Shown here piece after piece: positions 50,222 to 62,025 of a stretch of 64,000 nucleotides of DNA (position 1 is the first letter of the stretch; the number at the start of each line of letters is the position of its first letter). The stretch spans positions 20,708,001-20,772,000 of the forward strand of contig NC_135671.1 in assembly GCF_964188315.1 (NCBI RefSeq), written 5' to 3'. The notes under the pieces were generated by a model, which was not told where the DNA came from, ran no database searches, and was given only the letters and a program-made list of their open reading frames with translations. A program made the translations under genes and the position numbers. The stretch is from Podarcis muralis. Lineage: Eukaryota.

Positions 50222-51004
50222 TTGCGGTGGGGACCGCCAGGACACGCCAAAGTTGGGGGGCGGGCTAATTGATCGTTGGCCACTGATGCGATTGGGGCTT
50301 CCCTTGTTGTTGGGAAGAAGTTAATGTTGCCACTTATTGATTGACAGCCAGAAATAGTAAAACTCCTTGCACGAGGCTAGGGCTTCCTCTTTTCGCACGT
50401 GCATCGGATTCTCCGTCCCTCCCTCCCTAGAATAGGGTTGTTCGCTTTGACCTTGCTATGCCTGTCATGGGGTCGTCTGCTTTGGAGCGGGGGCCTGGTA
50501 GGAATTTTGTCCATCTGGCTGATTGGCTGGGGCCATTTGGTTTTTGCCTACTGCGTAGCAAATCGTCACAACTTGTAAGGTTCACAGTTAGGCATTGGTT
50601 TATGGTTTGGTTGGTTGAGGGGCATGGATTGGCTGTGCCTGCCCCTCTAATGCTGCTGCTGCAAGGGATTCCATTAAAGGAATTGGGAGCTAACTATTGC
50701 TTGTCCACTCTGTCCAGGGGGCTCGGGCCATAGCAATGAGCTCCTGGTTGCATTTGGGGTGAGGGCAGGTTCCCTGCTCCGTCGCTACCCCCAAGTGTAT
50801 TCCCCCATTCTGACTTTCGCAGGTGTGCGGAATGTCAGTCTGTCCCCCATGGTGGGGGCAGATAGTCACAACCAATGCCTACGCAACCACTCACAAATTT
50901 GTATTTTAATAAAGTTGTGGCCAAAATTATGCCAAAAATCTTAAACAAAAATTTCTGTGTGATGTGTGAGTTATTGGGGTGGCCCTGGGGACCTCGACAC
51001 GCAA
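50222..51004 (+). mobile_element. LTR-like TTGCG...CGCAA family, full copy (783 bp)
   Basis: TTGCG at 50222, CGCAA at 51000-51004, shared core, AATAAAGTTGTGGCC near 50908. Confidence 0.75.
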
Positions 51005-51284
51005 TAGTATCCCATCTTCAGATGGTGGGAAATATTTTTTCTTTGATTGTATATTCTGTCCTAAATGGTTAGATTTAGTATCCTTCAAGGAACATAAAAA
51101 GCAAAGGTAATAATGTTTTACATATTTTTATTTATGTACATTACCTTGAGTCATTTTGAGAGAGGCAACTAATGATGCAATCCTAATCACACTTACTTGG
51201 GAGTAAGCCCCATTGAATGTAATAGGATTTACCTTTGAGTAGATGTGGTGAGAGTAGATGGAAGTGAGAGTAGCTGGAAGTAGA

Positions 51285-51703
51285 TGGAAGTGAGAGCTGG
51301 ACCATAAAGAAGGCTGATCGCCGAAGAATTGATGCTTTTGAATTATGGTGCTGGAGGAGACTCTTGAGAGTCCCATGGACTGCAAGAAGATCCAACCTAT
51401 CCATTCTTCAGGAAATCAGCCCTGAGGTGACACTGGAAGGACAGATCCTGAAGCTGAGGCTCCAATACTTTGGCCACCTCATGAGAAGAGAAGACTCCCT
51501 GGAAAAGACCCTGATGTTGGGAAAGATGGAGGGCACAAGAAGAAGGGGATGACAGAGGACAGGATTGTTGGACAGTGTTCTTGAAACTACCAGCATGAGT
51601 TTGACCAAATTGCGGGAGGCAGTGGAAGACAGGAGTGCCTGGCGTGCTCTGGTCCATGGGGTCACGAAAAGTCGGACACGACTAAATGACTAAAGAACAA
51701 CAG
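51285..51703 (+). mobile_element. RTE-BovB LINE, 5'-truncated 3' end
   Basis: Reads GSESWTIKKADRRRIDAFELWCWRRLLRVPWTARRSN...KTLMLGKMEGTRRRG; ends CGGACACGACTAAATGACTAAAGAACAAC. Confidence 0.93.
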
Positions 51704-53123
51704 GTGTGGTTAGGATGGGCCTGCAAGAAATTCAAATGACAACAATAAGCAGTTGGGCAAACCAAAATGTCACAACATTGTGACAAGCTTTCAAGTATAA
51801 AACCAGGGCAGAATTGACAATTGGAGAACAACAATTATTCATTCATTCATTGAATTATATACTGCCTTACTACCAAGGCACCCAAGGTGGTATACAATTT
51901 TAAAGCACTAACACAAATTATATAAGATGTAAAATTGAGGGAGGAGAGACAGTGAATCTTAAATTGTCCTCTTAAACAATAGTTTCAAAGCGGCACAGCT
52001 TCCATCCCCACAGAAAACAAAAAAATTTCCAGGCTTGCAGATGAATTCCAGGATTGCATAAAAGTGGCTTTTATGTCACGTGAAAACACAATGACAATGT
52101 AGAAATTAATAGTTAGGAAAACATCTTCAGCATCTCATATTATTTACATTTTGGGCCCGAAACCTAATAAAACCTATGAAACCTAAGTGGGCTGTGAATT
52201 ACACAGTCTGGAAATCGCAGCTCTATGCAATGCTTGTATTATTCAGAAACATACATTGCATTGTAATCTGAGTTTTTCATAACTGTAGAAAATCCTCATG
52301 TTTGTTTAACGGGAAACAGGAAGTGATTGGCTTAGGAAAGGCGACAGCAAGGACAGATCTGTAATTGACTCTGTTATGTGTTCATCTGCAGAACGCTTAA
52401 ATAAAGCAGCTTGATTCTGAATATAGACTGAAACAAAGAGAAATAATGTTGAAGACGTGCAGTTGCTCATTCAGCAAAAGCTACTTAGAAAATGCTTGTG
52501 TAATAATAATTAGGGGAAATAATTGTTCTTTTACGTGGTTACTACATTTTATTTTAATGGAACATTTTGAATTAATAAACCCACCCATACTCATCTTCTG
52601 TCAGTAATAACTATTGTGTATCTTATCAGATAATTAACGACCATAAACATAACAGAACTATTCCAGACCAGTAGCACATTTATTTCTTTGCCTATTGCTT
52701 AAGAAATTAAAAAAGAAGTCTTAATAAAGTAATAGAAATTCCAATTTTCTCATTTGCATTTTATATTTTATTGTATCAGTGCAACTCCACTGACATCAAT
52801 AGAGATGCTGTCAGGAAATGAAATGATTTGTCAGGCCAGACTGCAGAATTTATTTATTTTTTGCAAGAGCCAGACTTTATGAGACTTGAAGAGGAATCTG
52901 AGGTGGCTGCTCCAAGCTGGGCAATTAGAATGCCAATAGGAAACAGAGTAGAGTTCAAGGCAGTGAAGAAAATGAATAAGAATCCAATTTAGGGGACAAG
53001 GTGTAAGGTAACAAGTCTCATAGCAACTTGCTACAAAACACAGATCATGCATATAGCCATTTTTTATCATCAGCCCTCCCTGAATATTACTCAGCTGTTG
53101 ATGTAAACCTGTTCCATCTAGAT

Positions 53124-53320
53124 CAGGGGTGCCCGAACTTTTTTCAAAGAAGGCCAGATTTGATGAAGTGAACATGTGTGAGGGCCAACCAAAATTGTTG
53201 GGCTTTTTTTAGGATTGAAGTTGTTGAGCTTTGACCCCAATAAATAAACTGCCACAGGGCCTGGATAAAACCAGCTGGGGGATCAGATTAGGCCCCCAAA
53301 ATGGACTTTGGACATGCCTA
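53124..53320. mobile_element. hAT (Charlie-like) MITE
   Basis: Ends CAGGGGTGCCC / GGACATGCCTA; perfect 8-bp TSD ATCTAGAT. Confidence 0.85.
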
Positions 53321-53367
53321 ATCTAGATTCAGGTAGGTAGCCGTGTTGGTCTGACGCAGTCGAAGTC

Positions 53368-54018
53368 CCATATTTTTTGCTCCATAAGACGCACCTTTTT
53401 CTCCCTAAAAAGTAAGGTGTCTTATGGAGTGAATGCATGGTCCCTGGAGCCGAATTGCCCAGGGGCAAAAAGCAGATCATGCTTTTTTTTTTTTTTTTTT
53501 TTTTTTGAAAGAGGGAAGTGGGTGTTGAAACAAAGCCACTGATTGGGGAGCGAGATAAGGGACGCTAGCAATAAAGGAGGTTGCCTGGGAGGGTGGAGGT
53601 AAAGACAGCAAACTTGCAAGGAGAGGAGACAGGAAGAATAAAGCAATGAGGATAGAAATTAGAAGAAAAGGAGGAGCAAAAAACTGCTCCAGCTAAGGAA
53701 CAGACACTAAGGCAAACAAGAGGGAAGGGTTGAAAGGAAGCAGCTGATGGGTAAGCAATCGGTGAAAGAGATAAGGGATGCTAGCGATAAAGGAGGCTGC
53801 CTGGGAGGGGGGAGGTAAAAGCCCATGGATCCTCAGGATTTTTACATTGGGTCAACCCAAATTCACCATCAGATCACATAGCATGTCTATGGCTACAGCC
53901 TGCACCTAAAAAATCATGCATCCACTGTTTCGTTCAGAATATTTTTTTTCTTGTTTTCCTCCTCTAAAAACTAGGTGCGTCTTATGGTCAGGTGTGTCTT
54001 ATGGAGCGAAACATATGG
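53368..54018. mobile_element. Non-autonomous Tc1/pogo-type element (about 650 bp) nested in the Penelope fragment
   Basis: TIRs CCATATTTTTTGCTCCATAAGAC / GTCTTATGGAGCGAAACATATGG. TA is seen on the right flank only. Confidence 0.8.
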
Positions 54019-54071
54019 TATATAAAAAAATTGTCCAGTAGCACCTTAGAGACCAACTAAGTTAGTTCTGG

Positions 54072-54109
54072 GTATAAGCTTTTGTGTGCATGCACACTTC
54101 TTCAGATAC
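54072..54109 (-). ncRNA. Minimal hammerhead ribozyme motif of the Penelope element, probably inactivated
   Basis: Minus strand GTAT-CTGAAGA-A-GTGTGCATGCACAC-AAAA-GC-TT-ATAC: stem I GTAT/ATAC, CUGANGA core, palindromic stem II, but AAAA where GAAA is required. Confidence 0.75.
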
Positions 54110-54723
54110 ACTGAAAAAGAAGTCATCAGACCCTTATATATAGTTGGGGGGTCTCAGGAGGGTATAGGAGATGGGTGATTGACTCAATGGGTATGGTAAA
54201 CCTGTTGACTACTGATAACGACTGCAATTAGTCCTACAGGAAAAAGCAATGGATAGTATGCAGATGATTAGCATATGTAATGAGACAGGAATCCAATATC
54301 TCTATTCAGACCAGGTCTCTCCATAGTTTTCAGTTTAGTGATAATTCAGCAACTTTCCTTTCAAGTCTGTTTCTGAAATTCTTTTGTAATAAGGCAGCTG
54401 CTTTGAGATCCTGTATTGAATGTCCTGGGAGATTGAAGTGTTCTCGTACTGGCTTCTCTGCCTTGTGATTCCTGATGTCAGATTTATGTCCATTTATCCT
54501 TTGGCATAGGGTTTGGCCTGTTTGTCCAATATAAAGAGCTGAAGGGCACTGCTGGCATTTGATAGCATACACAATGTTAGAAGATGAGCGATTCCAGCTA
54601 GGTGCATTACAGAGAGGGAAGCAGCATTCTGGCGCAAAAGCTGAGCTAGATTGTGAATCACATGAACAAGTAGCTATTCCATGTGTGGTCCTTTTCTCCA
54701 GTCAAGCAGCTTGATGCTGTGCA

Positions 54724-55314
54724 CAGGGCTGGATTTATTTTTGATGAGGCCCTGAGCTACTGAAGGTAATGGGGTCCTTTATATGTCCAGCTGTCCTTTG
54801 TCAACAACAAATTGTCACTGTTTTTCATATTGAATATATGTTATATGGTAATTTATGGACCTAGTAGATATCTAAAGCCATTTGGACATGCAGAATGTAG
54901 GCACCCTATATATATAAATGAGCAAACCAGTGATATTTTAGGGAGCAGGTACTGTAGCAGGCAGGGCCCATTACATACATCATAGGAGCCTACACAACAC
55001 AAAACACTGTTGCTGTATGTAGGTTTTATTTTATAAGTTTTTTTAACTTATATTTTGGCTCGCCAGAGCAGCGATGTCACGCTGGCCACGTGACCCGGAA
55101 GTGTCTCCGGACAGCGCTGGCCCCCGGCCTCTTGAGTGAGATGGGCGCACAACCCTAGAGTCTGTCAAGACTGGCCCGTACGGGCAGGGATACCTTTACC
55201 TTTACTTTATTTTGGAAATGTACATCCAGTGTTTTTTAATTTTTTGGGGGGGGGGCCCAAGAGAGTGGGGCCCTAAGCTATAGCTTGTTTAGCTTATACA
55301 TAAATCCGGCGCTG
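54724..55314 (-). mobile_element. hAT MITE (18096 family, opposite orientation) carrying a nested SINE
   Basis: TIRs CAGGGCTGGATTTA / TAAATCCGGCGCTG; TSD GCTGTGCA / GCTGTACA. Confidence 0.9.
55059..55207 (+). mobile_element. 5'-truncated young Sauria SINE inside the hAT MITE
   Basis: Near-identical to the 3' part of 61664-62025; TSD TATTTTGG at 55051-55058 and 55208-55215. Confidence 0.9.
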
Positions 55315-55411
55315 GCTGTACACATGAGTGGCTTTTGAAAGGCAAAAATCCCAGAGCAAGTTCTGGATTGACTTCCTTTAGACACCCTCATCAAGCCACT
55401 GATTGAAAGGA

Positions 55412-55412
<1 letters not shown>

Positions 55413-55452
<40 letters not shown>

Positions 55453-55468
55453 TGTGTCTGTGTGTGTG
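55413..55468. repeat. (TG)n microsatellite
   Basis: Direct reading. Confidence 0.95.
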
Positions 55469-58400
55469 TTCCATGTACATAGCCCTGTTAATGCCATGCA
55501 CACTGTATTAATTTGTGCAAATCATTCTCTAGACAGAATGTCAGCGAACTTTCACTGGTGCCCAGATAAAACGTGTGGCCAGCATTGCAACATTCGTTCT
55601 TTCCGCCTTGGCCCTTATAACGAAGGGCTGTAGCCAACCCTGCAGGTCCCCTCACACAACAGACTTTGGTGGATGCAAAGACGTGCCTAGGCCTCTATTT
55701 CCTTAGTTGTCTGGTGTTGCGCCACCACGTGCACCAATGTTTTGTTGTTCTGTTATGCCATATGTCACAACGGATGTTCAGGCACTATTTCTGGACAAAG
55801 CTTGTGCCCTGTATGTTTCAAAGGTGGAATTGGTGGAATTGAAGGTCTGTCAGCATAGAAATGTGTGGAGAAATACGACACCTTTTAATGGAAGAGCACG
55901 GAATGGTAAATAGTCCATTTAATTTCACAAAAGTGCTTCTGGGAACAACTTTGTATGACAAATACTACTTAAGAATTTCTATATTTAACGGCAAGGCATA
56001 AGTACAGCATGTCATTTTATACGAAATGTGGGTTTGTTGCTGTCTGATGTGAAGCTTAAGTGCAGGTATTTTAGAGACAGCCATCTATTTAGTGAGCCTA
56101 CCATTTTCGTGCCATATTGTTTGACTGACTGACTTGCCTGCCAAGCCATTTATTACACTTCCTAGGGGGAAAAGGCAAATGTCCTTCTAAACATTCTTTG
56201 TGATAATCACTAGCAGACTTAATGAAACTTAGTTACAGCTACTTGGTGTCTTATAGTACTCTGGTGGGGAAGGTAGGAAGTGTGTCAGATTATACCTATT
56301 CAATCAACTTGTGCAGCCAGGGGTAATTTTCCAGGCTGCTGCATGACGAATTATGCATGCAACTTCAGTTATTGTTGGTAGCTCTACAATTAATCCTTGA
56401 TTGTCATATTGCATATGTACTCCTGCAAGTACTGTGCTTTAACAATGGAATCTAAAAATAATTGGTCAAGTCTTCAGTGCCTGCAAATTGGTTTTGCTTC
56501 GTTAGCATCTATGGAGCTCAGGCAGTTTTCACCAGCTGAGAATCCATCTCAAGGTGGCTGACTAAAATAATTAATGGAAATGGCCTTCTAATACAGGTGA
56601 ATTAAAAAGGGTCTCAGCGGCATGGTTTGTGCCAGCTTGTTAAGACGGGGATGCTACCCAGTATATGGATTTGTTTTCAAAATTATGAGCAAGAATTAAT
56701 GTCTTTGTGGCTTTGAAATGCATACCTGGCATGCACAACTCTGTATTTGTAGATGTTCCATCCCTATAAATAAGGTTGGGAGAATATAAAAAGAAGGGAG
56801 TGAATAAACGTGCCATTTTCCTGTGGTGCTTGTGAGTTTACTCTGTGGCCAAGAAAGCTCAGATTGAGTTGAGACATAAAGCTGAGGGATTCAGACAATG
56901 CTGAGTAGAATCTCTTCTTATTTGGCTTATTCCCATCTCACAGTATTTCTGAAGACAAAATTTTTCCCATTTTACTACCAGAAATAGGAAGAGTTGGTGT
57001 TAGTTTTCATTTTAAGCCAATGAAATGGAGGACGAAAGGCAGTATCTGTACATATTGAAATAGCTGTCTCTGTCATACAGCAGGATGAAGTGAGCTGTTT
57101 AACATAGCACCTGAGAGCACAGTAGAAGAAGGCAGGAATTGTGGACTTAATGGTTCAGCAGCACTTTTTAGTATTGGCAGTTGCAAGGTGGCAGGCAACC
57201 TGGGCCTCTGAGAGCAAAATGTCTTTGGCCAGCCCTGCATATTAATTCCATGACCATCTAGTGTAGATCAGATGCCACAGCTGATCACAACTTTGGAGCT
57301 AGAAGCTAACTTAGATGCAATTTCTTCCCATGCCGCTGAGATTTGATTTCCCCAGTATGAAGACCCCAGATTGTGATTAACGGATCCCATATTTATATAA
57401 TTGTTAGCCAGTGATTTGTTTTGTGTTTTTAAAGGATTGTGCTATTTTTATGGAGTTTATGTATCTGTTTGCCTTGTTGTAGCCTTATGTAAAGAGCAGC
57501 AAATATTATTTCAATAAATAGATTAGTGGAAGTTGGCATCTGCATTACTAGTTTTTTGGATTCCAAGCTTCTGGCTTCTTGAGAGGCGGGATGAACAGGC
57601 AGGCATGTCTTGTGGCAACTTGGGTTCAGGACTTTTCAGTTGTTGTGCCCAACCCTGGGAGTCACTTTTCCACTGTCATCGCCACTTATTCACCCAAGTA
57701 TTTGCTGATATTTTGTTACTAGGCAATTTGTTCTTGCAGATTTTGTATCATTGAACCTAGGTTCAACCTAAATTAGTCATGTTCATTAACTTCCATTGGG
57801 TCTACTCTGAGTAGGACTCTATTGTAATGATGGGATCTAGTGTGTTTTTGTATTGACATTTTCTTTGTATGCTGTGCTCTGAGAATTTTTTTTAAAGAAG
57901 GGTGGTATATAAATGCTTATAACCACCATCATTATTAACAAGAACTTTTGCAGACTTGATGTTGTCTGAGTGCAGGGAAAGTGCAGTGTGGTCCTTGCTG
58001 TATTATTGTCCCAAGGTTCACTGCAAAAATAAAATCTACATATATCTTCAAAGTGCTCTTTCATTTGAGTGCCTGCATTGAAACAGAGGTTTGGTATTAA
58101 AGTGAAACATCAAAGTGTAGCTTCTAAATATTTATTGCAATGCCTGATTACATTATTTTCAATTTTTACAGTTCCAGCTTTGATAGAGTGATATACAAAA
58201 TTATTGAACCTCTCAAAGTTGCTTCTCTGAAGCCACTCAGTTGGAAAAAGAAAAAAGAATGATTGAATTGAGTGAATTCTGTGCAGTGCAATAATTATTT
58301 CAGGTTATTTGGTCATTATTACAGATTATGCATTTCATGTTAGGAATATAAAAATATAATTATTATTTTCTAGGGATCCTCAAGGAACTGCAAATTTTCA

Positions 58401-58990
58401 TATGCCATGTAACCCAAACTTATAAACATTTTTAGTTGAGGATAAAATGCCTGGCTGCACTTATTGACTGATCTACACAAATAAATGACTGCAAAATTTT
58501 ACAACAACAAATGTTTGTATTAATTGCATGTTGTTATCAGGTTAAAAAAAATATCTGTGGTACTATATAACCAAAAATGAAGTTAAATGTTTTGATTTTA
58601 CAACCAACATTGATTGTCATTTAGCGGTTTTTGCTCGGATAAGGATAAATCAGTGATAGAACCTATTTGGTTATTTGTAATAGTCCATATTCATCTACAT
58701 TTTGCTTATGTCTTTTGAACACACTTGATGATTGTTCTGATTTCTTGGAGGGGCAACACTGGTGTTCAGAAGAGTTGTAAGCTTAGCATGCTCTCTCAGA
58801 CTTCTCATGTTATCTGATGGAACAAGGAGTTGCACTAAAGCAGCTCTCATGCCTCAAGTAATGTGAAAATTGGTGGGTGGGATTGGGCTGGCAGGAAAGA
58901 ATGACTTTGTGCCTTCTCATTAGCCCATCGAGTGGCAGACCTGGGTACCATGGTGCCCTGTGTGAGGCTTGCACCCCTTCCTGAATCCTC

Positions 58991-60309
58991 ATGTTGCCTC
59001 ACCATGGAGGAAATGTTGTACAGCTCTTACCACCAGAAAGTTCTTCCTGTTTCTTAGGTAGAATCTCCTTTCTTGTAACTTGAATCCATGGGTTTGGGTC
59101 CTAGCCTCCAAGGCAGGAGAAAACAACTTTGCTCCATCTTCCATGTGGCAGCCCTTTAGATATTTGAAGTTTGCTATCATATCTGCTCTTAGTCTCCTCT
59201 TATACAGGCTAAACATTCCCAACTCGCTCAACCATTCCTCATAAGGCTTGGTTTCCAGACCCTTGGTCGTCTGGCTCATTCTCTGTCACACACATTCCAG
59301 CTTGTCAATACCCTTCTTGAACTGTGTCACCCAGAACAGGACACAGTATTCCAGGTGTGGTCTGACCAAGGCAGAACAGAGTGGTATTATGATGTCCCTT
59401 GATCTGGACACTGTACTTCTGTTGATGCAGTCGAGTATTGCATTAGCTTTTTCTTTCTGCTTCATCACAGTGTTAACCCACGTTAAGCTTTTGGTCCACT
59501 AAAACCCCTAGATCCTTTTCACATGTACTACTGGCAAGCCAGGAGTCCCACATTTTATATATGTGAAGCTGGGAAGTGTATGTCCTAGGCATCCTCAGCC
59601 AAAGAAAGCACACATCTTATAGTTAATTCTTTATTGACAGAGGTATGCACTCACAGCAACTCTCACGGTGCCCCAGGAACCCATGCACACTCTCTTCTAG
59701 CCTCTGTGCCTTGTGGACCAGTTGCAGCAGCAGAGGAACCATGCTCCCCACCCCCACCCCCAGCTTATGTACCATTATCTGACAGGGTGTGTGTGTGCAA
59801 CCTGAGGTTTCTCCTACATGGAGACTGTTGCTACTCTTCCCTCTTGTTCTAGGAGACAGAAGAATGGAGGATGTCAGGGATTTGACTGGCCTGTCCCTCT
59901 TCAGAGCAGCCTCTTCCTCCAACACATCCTGCATGTTCATCTCCATCCCTGATGGTCTTTCCCCTGCTCTCGTGGGTGAACTAAACCCCATAAATCGCTG
60001 CCCCCCTCTCCTGGGTCAATCCCCATGCCACCTGCCTCTGCCACATCACTAAGGAGAGCCCCGCCAGACCTCGCCAGTGTAGGACGTTACATTTGTCCCT
60101 ATTGAAATTCATTTTGTTAGTTTGGGCCCCCGTCCAATCTCCAGTCTGTTAAAATAAATCTGTCTTCTGCAGCATTAGCTACCCCTTCCTGTTTGGTGTC
60201 ACCTGCAGATTTGATTATCATCCCCTCAGTTCCTTCATCCAAGTTGTTTATAAAGATGTTGAACAACAACAGGCCCAGGACAGAACCCTGCAGCACCCCA
60301 CTTGCCACT
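58991..60309 (-). mobile_element. CR1 LINE 3' fragment, split by a solo LTR
   Basis: Minus ORFs read EVASGVLQGSVLGLLLFNIFINNLDEG...KSAGDTK (RT motif region), ANAILDCINRS...IPLCSALVRPHLEYCV and GLETKPYEEWLSELGMFSL...KYLKGCH. Confidence 0.92.
59581..60076 (-). mobile_element. Canonical solo LTR (496 bp)
   Basis: TG...CA termini, perfect 5-bp TSD GTGTA (59576-59580, 60077-60081), TTTATT (minus-strand AATAAA) near 59629-59634. Confidence 0.85.
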
Positions 60310-61663
60310 TCAGCCATGAAATGAGGTGTGAGGGTATTTCTTTGAGCTAAAGGAAGCAACCTGTCTCTTACCCTTAAACCAGAGGTAGCCAACATGCATA
60401 TACTTTAGACTACAACTCGCTTCAGCCCCAGCCAGCATGACCACTGGTGGGGCGTGATAGGAGCTGTTGTCCACAACATCTAGAGGGCACCATTTTGGCT
60501 GCCCATACCTTGAACATACAATTGCCCCTTGGCCCAGGACATGTGTTGCTTGTTCTCACCTTTAGCGTTTGGAAAAGATTGGAAAGGTTATTTCAATGCC
60601 ATCATTTAATTTTATTTTTGCAAGGGACTCTAATCCTCTATTACCCTGATTAATGTCCCTTCCACCTACATCTTGGGCCTGAAGGGTGACAAACAGATTG
60701 TGCTTGGTATTGTACCAAGTGTGTAATTTCTAATCATTGTTAAAATGATGCATTTGCATATGAAGGGCCTCACTAGATCAAATCAGAGAACATTCAGATC
60801 CTCAGAGAACCTTGCAAGGAGAGTACAGAAGTTGACGCCCTACCTGTTGTGATCTTAACATTGGAAGCCTTCAATCTTGAAGGTTCCATGCAGGGATAGC
60901 GAACACTTACCTATCTTCTGTGAATTTGTATGACACTTATTAAAGTCACCTGTGCTTAATTGCCTTCATCTGCACATTTTGAGGGCATGCCGATCATTTG
61001 TTGCTTGCTATTTGCCTACTAGTTTGTTTCTATGTCATAATTCGTGTTTAACATAAATCACGCTAACACCCTCCCGACTGCTTGCATCGAATAGAAACAT
61101 TATGCGATTTAAAGGATTAGTTTTCATAGTTATATGCCATAATGTTCATGGGGATATAAATATCTACCACTTCAGAAGATAACTTCATATGTAGTGCGGA
61201 TAAACTACTGCACATCTGAGGGCAAATTGGGGCATCAACCATTTGGTTTGCCAGCTCAACTGTGGATTTTACTAAGTCTTAGCCAACTAGGGCATGTCAA
61301 TCTTTCTGTCACTAAACTTCAATTTGAATGCTAGCTATGAAATTTAATCTCCTCAAAATCATTGGAGAAATTCTGTTACTCCACTAAGCATCTTGATTCA
61401 TAAGAAGAGTTGTCATAAGCAGCAGAATAGCAACGATAAGGCAGCGGTTGTGGAGTTGACTGCCTTGATATGGTCTCTACTGTAAAAGTAAACTTAGCAA
61501 AATACTAAGTCATCACCTCCTATTAATTTAACTGCATCAGGATATGAAACACATGATACATAATTCTGATACATTAATATTAAGACTTTTCTGCATGATA
61601 GGTGCAAAGGTAGTCATTGAACAATTTCAGCTGGATTTTTTAAAAGGTATGTAACAACAATAA

Positions 61664-62025
61664 GGGACGCGGGTGGCGCTGTGGGTAAAAGCCTCAGCAC
61701 CTAGGGCTTGCCGATCGAAAGGTCAGCGGTTCGAATCCCCGCAGCGGGGTGCGCTCCCGTTGTTCGGTCCCAGCGCCTGCCAACCTAGCAGTTCGAAAGC
61801 ACTCCCGGGTGCAAGTAGATAAATAGGGACCGCTTACTAGCGGGAAGGTAAACGGCGTTTCCGTGTGCGGCTCTGGCTCGCCAGAGCAGCGATGTCACGC
61901 TGGCCACGTGACCCAGAAGTGTCTCCGGACAGCGCTGGCCCCCGGCCTCTTGAGTGAGATGGGCGCACAACCCTAGGGTCTGTCAAGACTGGCCCGTACG
62001 GGCAGGGGTACCTTTACCTTTACCT
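61664..62025 (+). mobile_element. Sauria SINE, young CpG-rich subfamily, full length
   Basis: GGGACGCGGGTGGCGCTGTGG head, B box GGTTCGAATCC, TACCTTTACC tail; ACAACAATA present on both flanks as a probable TSD. Confidence 0.95.

Larger units (their letters stand above)
53330..54588 (-). mobile_element. Penelope-like retroelement 3' fragment, interrupted by a MITE
   Basis: Minus strand reads SSNIVYAIKCQQCPSALYIGQTGQTLCQRINGH, a GIY-YIG endonuclease signature. A hammerhead-like motif lies downstream at 54072-54109. The terminal segment appears to continue at 53330-53367 across the insertion. Confidence 0.85.
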
